Shown one piece after another: positions 39,101-51,047 of a stretch of 64,000 bases of DNA. Source of the stretch: Moniliella sp. 'wahieum' (Eukaryota). Positions within the stretch are counted from its first letter, which is position 1, and each line of letters starts with the position of its first letter. The stretch covers positions 124,001 through 188,000 of the forward strand of contig RSEE01000006.1 of NCBI GenBank assembly GCA_003971905.1, in the 5' to 3' direction. The position numbers were made by a program, and so were the translations under genes. The notes under the pieces were generated by a model. That model searched no databases, was not told where the DNA came from, and was given only the letters and a program-made list of their open reading frames with translations.

Positions 39101-40868
39101 AAACTCATCAAGAAGGATGGAGCCCGTTGATTCTGGGTACACTTGGACGGCCGAAACAAGCGATCGGATGCCGAGGCGGTCGTGCAGGCAAAGGTACATA
39201 AACCCCGTCCAGCTACGTAGCATCGTAGCAACGATATGCGAGTGCCGCTTCAGTTTCTCTTCGCTGCCGTACTCGGACAGGCTGGCTGGCGGATCAGTCA
39301 AGGTAGCTAGGACAGGCTGGGTGGGGAAAAGGGCAGGCAAGATTGCGTTAGTCGTGTCCCCCTAGCCCTTGCAAAGGGAAAGAAACGGAAGGCAACACAC
39401 CTCTAGGTCAATCCCTGGGTTGATAAGCGCGCGAGAGGAAGGTAAGTCGAGAAGGGACAATATGGTTCGCATCAGGCCTGGTGCAGCATCCAAATCGCGA
39501 TCGGCAATGGCGCTGACCACCACGGGGAGCGAGCCGGCGCGAATAAAGTGAGTGGCATCTACCAGGGCCACTTCGGCCAATGTTTCGACACAGAGTGTGC
39601 TGAGGGGATCCTCAGCATCGTAGCTCACCGCCACCAAGCCTCGCATAACGCTCATGTCGACCAAGGCATCCAAAGGTGGAGGCGGATGGGCGAGTGCATG
39701 CCCCGCGCCTAGTATTGTGCGCGAGGCCGAAACCAACGCACGCACCAACATGAGCGCCTGCTCGCGCTCCTCTGCAAACGCAGACTCGCGCAGGAAGGTA
39801 CGGACCATGTACCAGTGCAGTCCCGCCGCTTGTGCAGCCTCGGCAAACGTGTTGAGTGGGGGCAAGAGGGAGAGACGTAAGGCACGATACGCACGCGCCC
39901 GCACGGCCTTCCCGTTGTCTTCGGCCAGCTGAGCTGTGACAGTCTGAACGTACGAGGCGACCGGGAGGGTGTCGCGCAGCTCGGGTTGCTGGTGGAGCAG
40001 AGCAGCAAGCTGGTTCAAAATGCGTCCGCGTTCCAATTCCGTTGAGGGAGGCGGTCCAAGGCGGTCCAACTTGTCAGTAACTCGGATATCCGGGCCGCCT
40101 CGGGAGAAAGAGAAGATTCAGCCGCGTCGGAAACGGCCGAAACGGCTGAGGGGGAGAGGGTAGACGCAGGGGGGCGGGAGGTCATGTCGCGTGCGCTGAG
40201 GGAAGACCACTGGGGAGGAACGCTAGGGTGAGGCGATTCACCGGCAGAAGGGGTGAGGGGAGAACGCTGGTCGGGGGCTTTGGAAACTGTGTCAAAGGGG
40301 AAGTGACGTGCACTCTCCATTGCCGCTGTCAGCTGCGGGGAAGAGCGGGAGCGCAGGAGCCAATGACTCTTGGGTTCCGTAAGGCCCGTGCCGCCCTTGT
40401 CTGCTGTGCCAACAACGTCGGACCGGGTGGGGGATAATCGACGGGCATGGGCGCCGCCGTCCCATCCCCCGGGGCCAAAGCCAGGAGGGTCCGCGTCCGA
40501 AGCGAAGCCAAGGTCCGAAGTGGGGAGGGTCGGGCATTGGTGCGATCGTCAGCATGGGCATTACGCAACTGGGCGATTTCGAGCTTGAGGGAGTTGATGT
40601 GGGCCTGGCTGTTGGAGAGCTCCTGCAGGATCTGGTCCCGCAAAGCGGCCGAGTCGGGCGGAAGCACATTGAGCAGCCCGGCGGCGCCCTCGCGAATGTT
40701 GACGGCGACGGCGAGGCTGCGCTCGAGGTCAGCGATGCGGAGGCGTTCGGGGGTGAGGCTGACGGCGCTGCTGCTGGCGTCGGTGGACTGGTCAATGGGG
40801 GAGCTGGGCGGCGGGGCGGAGGCGGGGGCGGAGGCGGAGGCGGAGGCGGGGTCGAATGCAGCGGGCAT
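36141..40868 (-). CDS. AVO3: TORC2 subunit Rictor/Avo3 with N-terminal HR1-like helix pair; intron near 39317-39400; 3' end approximate
   Basis: HR1-like LERSLAVAVNIREGAAGLL...ELSNSQAHINSLK; VRARAYRALR, EREQALMLVRAL, DPLSTLCVETLAEV, LRSWTGFMYL, FVRRLISFYHP, HARVLLSHALTAGS, LLVAQVYD, PTHFYAQLAQTQQG, VRRFVWELFD. Confidence 0.88.
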
Positions 40869-41318
40869 GGAGGCGGCGTCGGATGCGGCGGGCGGGGCAG
40901 GGCGGTGCCGGCGGGGCGGATGTCCATGGGGACGTCGACCAACAGCGGCGGGACGCCCAGCGGCGGGGCGGAGGGGGCGGGGAGGAGGACGCGGCGGTTA
41001 AAGGAGGTGTTTCGTGTCGGCGGAGTCGAGTTGGCCGTCTGAATCGACCCCAGACTGGTCCCCACGCCGCTTACCTCAGCAGCCAGCCACCCACCCCGCC
41101 TGCAACTTTCATTTCACACCCACGCCACCGCCACCGTCACGTGATGGCCGTCGGGCTACCAGCTCCCTGCTCCCTGCTGCTCCCTATAGCCCCCGCCCCA
41201 CCATGGGACATGCATCGCCATTAAATCACCCACCACAAATCACATCGCCACGCAGCGCGTACACGACGGCGCACACAACATACAGACCCGTTTGGGCCGG
41301 AGAAAGCAAACAAGAGAA

Positions 41319-43763
41319 CTATCGCCGCCGATCAGGCCAGCCGGTCGGGTTGGGCGGCAGGTGGAGCGTAGCCAGCGACGCACGCGACGGGCTGCGGGTA
41401 CTTCGAGGTGCCGGCGTCGCCTGCGGGAACAGTTCGGGCTCGGTGGAAGCAGCCACAAGGCCCGGGGCCCGTCTTCTTTGTCCGCGAGAGGAAGGGAGAA
41501 GGCAGCGTGCTGCTGTCCCACAAGCTCGAGTCGCTGCGCAGGGGCGAGTGTGGGACCCAGGTGCGTTTGGCTGTCGTCCCGCCGCCGCTTCGTCCGCCTC
41601 GCTCGTCGTCCGTTGTGCGGCCCGCGCCAGCTCCGCACCCAACGCACCACTTTTGCGCGGGGTCTGTAAGAGCGCACGCGGCTGCGTCGTGTCATAAGTC
41701 CATCGTGTCTTGTCCATGCTCAGCATCGGCTCGTCCGAGTCATCCAGCGGTGTGCGGGGGGCATCGCCCGAGGCGCCGTCGCGGGCAGAGGGTCAGCGGG
41801 CCCACGAGCTCCCATGCTCCCGTTGGACGGCCGTGGCTTCTTGCCGAGCTTGGCGGGCGTCGAAGCTTCAGGATAGCCGGTCGCCACAGGTTCTGGATCG
41901 TCGTCCGGCATGGACGGCCGCGAGCGCCGAAGAATCGTTTCGACCGACTCCTCTTCCGCCTCCTCTGCATCGGCGTACGCTGAAGGATCCACGGCGGCAG
42001 GGGGCGTGATCCGCCGCGGGCCCAGATCCAACTCTTGGAATTCTTGGTTGGGGAAGGAAGAGCGGGAGGATGGTGCGGCCGATGCCCGGCGGGACCGGCG
42101 TGGACTCGTTACCGCTGGTGCTTCGTCCCGGTCCGACGAGCTAGGGGGGCAGAGGCCGTGCATCGGGCAACGGACCAAAGGTGGTCGCTCGCCGGTCAGG
42201 CCTGGTAAGTTTGCTGGCCCCACGCGCAGTTTGCAGGCGCTCTTCCATCGCTAACTCACGTTGTTGGCAGGCGCGCTCACGGGCCTCCAGGGTTTTCGTC
42301 CGCTCCTCGAGCTCGCTCGCTCGGCGGCGAAGCATTTCTTCCCGGCCCATTTGCTTGAAGGCCAGGGGCGCATTGGCCTCCCATTCGCGCTGCTTTTCGT
42401 CGTACCACGCGTTGTGCTTCCGCTCGTGTTCTTCAAATTCATGGACACGAAGTTCAAACGCTTGTTGCGCCTGTGCTTGGCGCAGGGCTTGCGCCTCCAG
42501 GTCTTGGGCTAGCTTTCCCAACCGTTTCTTTTCCGATCGCCAAGTCGCATCGGCCGCGGTCAACTCAGCCTGCTTGTTGAGCAGTTCTTGTTGGAGCACC
42601 ATCATCTGATCTCGCTCTTGGGACAAGGCCGTTTGTGCGACTGGATCGTGTCGTACTCGAGGGCAATTTTAGCATGTTCCGAGGAAAGTTGGCGCTCTTT
42701 GGCACGCAATTCGCCTGCACGCTTCTCGATTGACCTTCGCTCGGCATCCAACAAATCCTTCATCTCTGCCATCTCGAGCGAACGAGAATGCATGGCGATT
42801 TCAGGCATGGCGAGCAGTTCTTGGGTGGAAGGACGGTCATCTCGTCGTAGACTGCGCATCCGGTAGATCAACGCTTTGAGTGCAGGCGAGTAACATGCGG
42901 GCATCGGCGGCCTGGGCATCCCAGTCAGAGCCGGCAAAATCTTGTCCACCGAATCTGGCTGCACAGGCGGCTTGAGGGCGCACAGTTCATAAAAGATGCA
43001 TCCCAAAGCCCAAATGTCGCATTTAAAGTCGTACCGCTCGCCCTTGACTTGTTCGGGGGCCATGTACATTGGGGTACCACAGTAGGTTGTGGTCACACTT
43101 TGGGCATCCAACACTTTGCTCAGCCCAAAGTCGGCCAGCTTGATTCGTCCCCGGGCGTCGAGAAGAATGTTCTGGGGCTTAAGGTCGCGATGGAGAATCT
43201 GGGCGGCGGAAGGGTGGTGGGGTCTGGGTGATGGCATGCGTGGAGCGCACTGACCAATTGGACAATATACGACCAAATGACATCTTCAGGGATGTACTCG
43301 CCTGTGGCATCGCGTTTGGCCTGAGCTTCGTGAATCACCGTTCCAAGATCCCCGCCATCGGCCAACTCCATGACGATGCAATGTGCTCTGCCAGTTCGAG
43401 ACGCACGACAGGGTCAGTTTCTCGATCTCCTTCATCAACTGCAACAGGGGGAAGCAATGCAACGTGGGAGAAGACGTACCTGCGCTTGGGATCATAGTAC
43501 CAGTCGACGTACTTAATGATGTTGGGGTGCTTGAGGGTGCGAAGAGTGTTGATCTCAGTGATGCTTTCGGCAACAATGTTGGTAGCGTAGGAGGGCGGGA
43601 TAATCTGCTTGCAGGCAAACACCTTGCCATCTCTGATTCTGCGGACCCGCAGGACCTTTCCGAAGGCACCCGCACCAATCACGTTCAGTTGCTCGTAGTC
43701 GTCGGGCGAGGAGCGGGAAGGCCGGGGCGTGGTAACACGATCCAGACCGCTGACCCGGGCCAT
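41319..43763 (-). CDS. NIMA-family Ser/Thr kinase (NimA/Fin1/Kin3-like) with coiled-coil tail; intron 43388-43479; 3' end approximate
   Basis: YEQLNVIGAGAFGKV, FACKQI, EINTLRTLKHPNII, MELADGGDLG, YIPEDVIWSYIVQLVSALHACH, ILHRDLKPQNILL, KLADFGLSK, TYCGTPMYMAPE, DIWALGCIFYELCALKPP. Confidence 0.87.
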
Positions 43764-44355
43764 GGTGGGTGGGGGGGTAGGGCGTGGGGCGGGAGGGCGG
43801 GAGGGGGGGGGTAGAGGGGGCGGTGAGGTGTGCAGGTGAGCGCGGCGGTGGGGCTGGCTGGAGAGGTGGCGATGGCCGAGTGGCAAGCGCAGAGCGGCTG
43901 GCCCAGCAAGGTGCTTGTTTGTGGAGCGAAGCGTAGATCGTCTTCGCACGCTCTTCCTTTCAACATTTCAGTTCGCCCCGTCGCCGCCCAGGCGGAATGG
44001 GCGGAGGCAACTTTGAAATTGGCAGCAGGACACGCTGGAGGGATAGGATAACCCTAACCCACCCCCTGTACTGCCTATCTGCACCCAACTACACCACATC
44101 TCCCTCGGCGTCTCCAAGCTACAAGTGCCATAGAACTGGCAGGCGCACGACCGATCGTTCCACGTCTGGCTAGTCCGCACATCAGACTAGTGGGAAGAGA
44201 CAGAGGTATGTTGCATAGAGAACAAGCAGAGCCAAAGGAAAGGAGAAGCGTGTCTGGTATCGGGCGTATGCGCGACCTTCTGGTCTCTGTGCAGGGTCTG
44301 GGCCAGCCAGATCCGCAGGTACAAAAAGACGAGGACCAGCAAGGGGCACGAGTAA

Positions 44356-44430
44356 GAGGCAAGCGGCAAGCGGCCAGCGGCAAGAGGCAAGAGGCAAGAG
44401 GCAAGAGGCAAGAGGCAAGAGGCAAGAGGC
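44356..44430. repeat. Heptanucleotide tandem repeat (GCAAGAG/GCAAGCG)n
   Basis: Directly visible repeat between the kinase start and the protease stop. The LLPLASC ORFs in the track are its translation. Confidence 0.9.
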
Positions 44431-44532
44431 AGGGGGCAAGGGGAAAGGCACAAGGCGCAAAACACGGACGGCGTGGATTGTGCAGGAGGATGGGAGTAGG
44501 GGAGCTCAGGCCAGTCAGGGCAGAAAAGCTCA

Positions 44533-46149
44533 CTAGATCAGCCCGGCGACAAGCACCAACAGGCCCATCCCCAGCGACAAAGGCAATGTCCTGCAAGACA
44601 GCTGGCGTGCCAAACTGGATGCGGGCGAGGCAACAGCGGTAATGGAGATCAAGCCCTCAGTGTCATTGGCCAAGGGAGCGAGACCCACCTTTGGGGAAGA
44701 CGCATCGTTGTATGTGAAGATAGAGTAGACCAAGGAGAGAAAGTCAGAGCCGAGGATCCACTGCGGTTCCGATTTTTTGTTGGTGCCCAGGTCGAAAAGG
44801 ATACCAACGCAAGACGAGGTGGATGGGGTGGACGGAGCGCCATCCACGAGACCAGGGGCGGCCGCAGGGACAATCCACGATTGGGGAGGAAGGGTGTACA
44901 GGCGATCGCCCAATTGAATCGACAGATCCGGCAACCCAGTCCCATTGCCCGATTGGGATGGGCAAGGCAAGGTCCAGTACCCTTCTGCCGTTGCCTCTCG
45001 GGCCGAAGGAATGGCCTTGTAGAACGAACGTACCACCTTGGATGGTCCACCGATCAATGTGGAAGCGGTATCGACCGCCGCCTTCGACAGACGCTGTACT
45101 CCGATCGACTTGGTCCCAGCATGAAGGCCGGAAATGGAGACCATCCAGAATTTCGTCGCCGTGATGGCAACCAGTTCACATCGGGTGTGTACAGGGACGT
45201 ATTGGTCCCCCCCAAGGTGAAGGTACCACCCGTCATTGTCATGTTGGAAGCGGTCAAGACGGGGCCAGGGGAGGAAGAGGAGGAAGAAGAGGATGTAGCA
45301 TTGATGATCTTGCTCTGACTGGAGCCAGCGCGGTCCAGTTGGAACGCAAATGTCTTGTCGTTCAAGGATGCACCCATCCAGAACGGTTGGGCACCGACTT
45401 TGGATAGTGACGGGAAGGCCATCCAAGAATACCTTGCATGCCCCCATTCAGGATGCCAGAAGACGCAGTGTTGGCTACAACGAGCGGTTGAGACGTGACA
45501 ATCTGGTTGCCGAGTTGGATGTTGTCGTGGCCCAATGAACCAGACACGTTGCCGCCGCCATAGGCAAGGGTGACAGCTGCACCGGCTTGACTGGCAGGCA
45601 ACGGAGTCCCCTCACTGTTAAGTGGGGCATAGCTCGAGCTGGACGAAGGGTTGTAGGTGGCATCCAACAGCCAGGCATCGGTACTGCCGTATCGAGAATA
45701 ACTTGGAGGTGGATGGGAGGTGTCCCGACCGAGACGGGGGCCAGAAACGATGCTCCCAAGTTTTCCGATGTAAGATCGATGCCAGAAGCGAGAATGTCCC
45801 GGGGGGCAAGCATGGAAGGAGAGTGGTGATTCAAGCCAAATTTGCGCTGCACGGCGAGGCGGTACTGGTCGCCGAGGCGGGCATCGAGTGCGACAGAATG
45901 TTCAGCGCCGCCGCGACGGTGAAGGAGGAAGTGGTGTGGATCGACCGCGATGGGAGCGAGCTTCCGGGCCAGCCGGTGGTGTAGATGTGGGGGGGGAGCA
46001 AGGGGAGGGGAGGGGCGGCGGGGTAGAAGAGGCTGAGCCAGGGGATCAGAACGAGGGAGGCCAGACGCCAGCGCGGCACTGAGGAAGGCCGAGGCAAGCG
46101 CAAGCGCAAGGAGGAGGAGGCGTAGGCTGAACATGAGCGCGGCGTCCAT
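44533..46149 (-). CDS. Secreted pepsin-family (A1) aspartic protease with C-terminal hydrophobic anchor (yapsin-like)
   Basis: Signal peptide MFSLRLLLLALALASAFLSAALA; APVSVGTPP..QVILDT(G)S (one indel); flap LAYGGGNVSG; GILG; second motif AAVDTASTLI; WILGSDFL..VYSIF; KVGLAP; hydrophobic C-terminus LGMGLLVLVAGLI*. Confidence 0.87.
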
Positions 46150-47578
46150 GGAACCAAGGCACAGCACGGGCAAGAGAGGGGGGCAGCTGGGCGTGCGCCT
46201 GTAGCCGGGAAGCACCAGCGCCACTGCCTGGTGGTCGGATGGGCCGGGCGAAGAGGTGGTTGCGGCAGGCCGTCGTGTCGCCGCCGTGTGCGCCGCCCAC
46301 GCATGTCTGCCCAGCCGCGCGCCAGCCGGGCCACTACATTTCACATTTCAACTCGCCCTGCATCATGCATCGCTGCTCACCCATCACTAGTACGCATCCG
46401 TCACACTCACCATGCACATGCTACGTTACTGTCACGTGCCGGCCCCCCGCCGGGGGATCATCGATCACTAGCTTCACACAACTCATGGTGGGTTCGTGCT
46501 TGGGCTTGTGGGTGGATCCGAAGGGGGCGAGGGACAAGGAGAGGCCTCTCGGCGTATAATAAAAGCACCGGGGCTTCATTGTGTGACCGTATGTTGCGTA
46601 CATACGGGCACGTTGGGCAGTAGTGACGGATCTGGAGCCGTTCGCACTCTGATGGGACAGGGAGAGAGGTAGCGGAGGACAGCACTAAACGTACTGCGCT
46701 TGGAGCGGAGGGCGGGGCCGGAGACGATACTGAAAATTTGGACTGAGGGCTCCTCCGATTCGATTCTTTTCAGGAAAACCACGGAACACTGTGAGCGGCT
46801 GGCAATCTGTTTGTTGGGGAGCGAATAATAAGTTGTGGAACGCTGATGATAGGCGAGAAGGAGGAGAAAAGACAAGATGATCAAGCTAGCAAGAGGATGA
46901 ATTGCTTGTACCGGATGGATTGACGAAGATGTAGATGCAACAATGGATTGGTGAAGACAAGAGGTGAAGATTGCTTACAGTGGATAAAAAAGAACAGAAA
47001 CTAGTATATAATAAAAGGCAAACGAGGGGAGACGGTGGTCTCGCCAACGATACGGTATGGGTGAGTCATCGCTGGGATTCCCGGACATGATTCGTCCACT
47101 TTACTGTCATACTATACTTGGGTTGGGATTGGGAGGGGGAGCTCTGGCAAGATAGCACTTAGGCCTGAGAAAATATCGGATCGAATCCGCGGTGGCCGTC
47201 GTAACAAGTGCATGTCAATATTAATAAACACCACCAAGCAGCACATGCAAGATGAACGGCTTAGTTCAGGTGTAGCGTTTCCCTGTCCAAGCCTTTAAAG
47301 GCTCTCTATCAATGATTTGGATGCAAAATAAAAGGTAAGTGTGTATTTAAAAGTTGCGGGGAGGGGGGGAAAAAGAGAAAGAAAGGAAACATTGCATATA
47401 ATGGAAAAAAGTGTGCCTAATCCCCAGTCCATCTCTCCTTGTCCACAGAAGCTCCGGCATACTAGCCACCATGCGCCACAGAATACCACAAGTGATAACA
47501 TCGTCGGGGTAGAGGCATTCTATCACGCTCTCCGTCCTCCTTCGACCTTTGCGCGCCACGATCTTTGAACTTTGAGAT

Positions 47579-49417
47579 TCAGGTGGGCATCATGACGTTG
47601 GCAACAGCCACCAGCTCATTTTTTTGCCCTCGAACATATCCGTTGTCACCTCAGGATCCGGTTGTGAATTTTGCACCCATTCAAGCGTCTGGTTGATGGC
47701 AGTATCCAACGCCTTCTCTCCCAGCGCCCCACGTTATTATTTTCTTTTAGAGAGGCGCGCAGGTCATACGCATACTTCTCTAATTCCATGGGGCAGCATC
47801 GCGCTGTGGCGGAGTTCATCGTCTGCTGCTTGTACTTCTCCGCATCAGAAATCATCCGCGCAATGTCATCCTTCGACAGATGGCCGCTGTTCAAGATGGT
47901 GAGAACTCCGAAATGTCGGTTTCCAAAATGGGACTGACACGGTGAGATTGGAGTTGGCGTCCAAGTCAAACCTCACTTCCCTATGCGAAGCACGAGGGGC
48001 AAGTGGGATGTCAGGAAGTAGACATTCGCCCAGAAAATGGTTGTCCTCGGTGCGGGGTCGCTCCCCTTCGTATACTTTGACCAGCACGCTACTCTGATTG
48101 TCGAGTCTGGTCGAGAAGACATTCGACCCTCGGGCAGGCAGAGGCGTGTTGCGGTCGATCAGCGACTTAAATTGACCACCGCCAAATTGAATCCCCAAAG
48201 ATAGAGGGACCACGTCAAGTAGAACCAGGTCCGTGATTCCCACTGGCTCCTCTTCTTCATCTTCATCCAGAAAGGACGCCTGGATTGCGGCACCGTGAGC
48301 CACTGCTTCGTCGGCATTAATTGAGCGGCTGATTTTGCTTTCGCCAAAGAAGTCAGTGAGGAAGTGCTGCACACGAGGAATCCTTGTTGACCCTCCAACC
48401 AAGACACGTCAGTCACGTCATCTTTGTCAACCTCGGCATCTTGTAGGACGCTCTCGAGGAGGCTAACGCCACGCTGAAACAGATCGTCGCACAAATCCTC
48501 AAAGAACGGCCGGGTGATAGAGGAGACAAAGTCAATGCCGTCAAGCAGCGAGTCGATTTCGATCGCAGCGTAGGTCGCGGAGGAAAGGGTACGTTTCGCG
48601 TTCTCGCACGCCGTGCGGAGACGACGAAGAGCACGAGGGTTGGAAGTGAGGTCCTTATTAAACTTGCGTTTGAATTGATCAGCAAAATGGTCGACGAGAC
48701 GGGTGTCAAAGTCTTCACCACCGAGGTGGCTGTCTCCATTCACGGCCTTGACTCGGAATTGGGTCCCGTTGAGGGTGAGAACCGATACGTCAAGCGTCCT
48801 CCCCCAAAGTCAAACACAAACACGGTGCGCTCACCCTCAGGCTCGTTGTCCAAACCGTAAGCAACGGCGGCGGCAGTTGGCTCGTTGATAATGCGCGCAA
48901 GACGTTGAGCCCAGCAATGGTACCAGCGTCCTTGGTCGCCTGGCGTTGCGAGTAACTAAAGTAGGCAGGTACCGTCACCACAGCATCCTTTACAGGCCCG
49001 CCAAGGTACGCCTCGGCCGTCTCGCGCATCTTGATCAAAATCATGGACGAAATTTCCTCGGGCTTGAGCTGCTTCGTCTCGCCCTTGTATTGGACTTCGA
49101 TTACTGGCAGACCGTCCACATCAATCACCTTAAATGGCCACTGCTTCATGTCAGACTGGACCACCTCTTCGTCAAACCTGCGGCCAATAAGTCGTTTGGC
49201 GTCAAACACGGTATTGGATGCGTTCATCGCAATCTGATTATGGGCCGCATCACCAATCAGCCGTTCCCGCTCGTTGAAGGCGACACAGGAGGGGTGACAT
49301 TCCTTCCCACTTCGTTGGGAATGACTTTGACCCGGCCATTCTGAAAGACAGAAACGCACGAGTGGGTGGTTCCAAGGTCGATGCCAATCGCGGGGAGGGT
49401 TGGGGGGAAGAGGACAT
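47579..49417 (-). CDS. Hsp70 paralog A: cytosolic-type NBD, divergent SBD, no EEVD
   Basis: [133 protein letters not shown]; ends ...[15 protein letters not shown]. Confidence 0.9.
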
Positions 49418-49884
49418 TTCGACCGAGGATAGGTACGACTTGCTCTTGTGGAGTGGAGGGGAGACGGCGTAGTGTTGGTTGTGGAGGGATGCATCCCAAA
49501 AGGTAACTGTCACAAAACGCACATATATATAGCAGTGGCGCACCCCTTTGCATCTATATATCCTGGTGCGCTGGGATGATCGATGAGTCCGGAAGTGCAC
49601 CCCTGTGGCGCAACGCCACTGAATACTATTAATATGCGCCCAAAGCACTTGTCGTCGTCCTCTCTCTGCCTGCCTTTCTGGATTTGTGTCATACATGCCA
49701 ATTTGCCGCCAATAACGTCATCATCAATGTTATCGATGCTGGCGTGTCAGGCACCTCTTCCATGAAGATTGTTTGTTCTGGTACTTGACCCTAGCTTGAG
49801 ACTAGCTTGAGTAATACTCGGAGCCGCATCAAACGTATGTCCATACACACGCCATCAATCATCGATCGCCGACTAATATAATGG

Positions 49885-51047
49885 CGGCTCAGCACTCAGA
49901 CCAAGCTGCGCCACCTGCTCCGCACCATGCAGATGGAAGGAGAGCTAGACGAAGTGCTGGCCGAGATCGATGCCTTCATCTGTACGGAGTTCAGACGGAT
50001 CCGGGGCGACGAGGATCCCCAAGGTGCCAAGGACGACCACTTCGACATGCTCATGAGCCTGCCTCTCCGGCTGGAGGATGCGGCAGCCCGCTTTACTCGT
50101 ATATCGCGCCCCATGCCCGGCCGCGGCCAACGAGGTCAACGACTATCTTATTACCACTTATGTTGACCGTTCGGGACCGCAAACGGCAGAGGCCAACGCA
50201 TTTACGAAGCAACGCAGCGCTGCCGCGAGATGGGGAGAAAAGTCGACAGAGCTGCTCCAGAAGCTGGACGCTGCCGATGGTCGTCACGTGGTTGAGCACA
50301 GCAACCCGCTGAGCCACAACTGGCTCTCCGCCATTCCGTCCGTCCCATACCTCAGGCTCTCGACAGCAGGTCCAGGTTGGTCTCCAGCTCCGCACGCTGT
50401 GCCGCACCACGCGCAGCATGTGCAAGTGCGGTGTCATGTCCTCGCTGGAGCACATCATGTACTGCACTCGCTCCCAGGCCAAGTTTGGAGCGTTGCATGA
50501 CGCGTGCGGGAGCCCATTCTCCAGCTCCTACGCTCCATTCCCAACCCATGTCCACAACGAACCAATGGTGGAGGACGAGGATGGCCGGAGACAGAGGACA
50601 CAGCGCACTGACTACCGCGTGATGGGACCCGGAGCCTGGGAGGATCAGAATGGAGGTCGACCACACGCTGCGCGACACGGGATCACTGGCAGCGCAGAGC
50701 GCGTTCCGGGGGTGGTGCACGCGAGCACCGCAACCCCTTGGAACGCCGGGAGAAGGAGCTGCTTCGGAGCTTGAACAAGCAGAAATGCGAGAAAAGAACG
50801 CCAAGTACCAGGGACGCACTCAAGAGACGTTTTCCCCTGGTTTTGACGACGCGAGGTATACTACGGCACCAAGACGGCGAGCAAGTTGTTGCGATTGGAG
50901 GAGTGGGCTACTAAGTCTCAGTGGAAATGGTTCCTCGCTCGGATGTCAACCACGTTCCTCCGTGTCCATACGCGCTTCCTAGGGTACGGGACCGGATGGC
51001 ATGAGCCGGAGGGTCCTGATATCCTGGCGATCCCCCTGGTTCCTTGA
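49885..51047 (+). mobile_element. 5'-truncated non-LTR retrotransposon fragment, CRE/Cnl1-like with restriction-like endonuclease
   Basis: Ordered motifs across frames: RLSTQTKLRHLLRTM, SLPLRL(G)GCG, NWLSAIPSVPYLRLS, CCHC knuckle CKCG..SSLEHIMYC, HD, HNEP, RTDYRV, EVDHT, REKNAKY, F.PLVLTTRG. The RT core is absent. Confidence 0.7.

Noticed and set aside
44049..44060. TAACCCTAACCC as a telomerase RNA template or interstitial telomere
   Set aside because: Only two units in a short intergenic gap, with no supporting pseudoknot or other structure seen. At most a telobox-like promoter site.
46458..46685. ORF with YCPTCPYVRNI resembling Pol III subunit C11
   Set aside because: No N-terminal CxxC partner and no C-terminal QxRSADE ribbon; probably chance.
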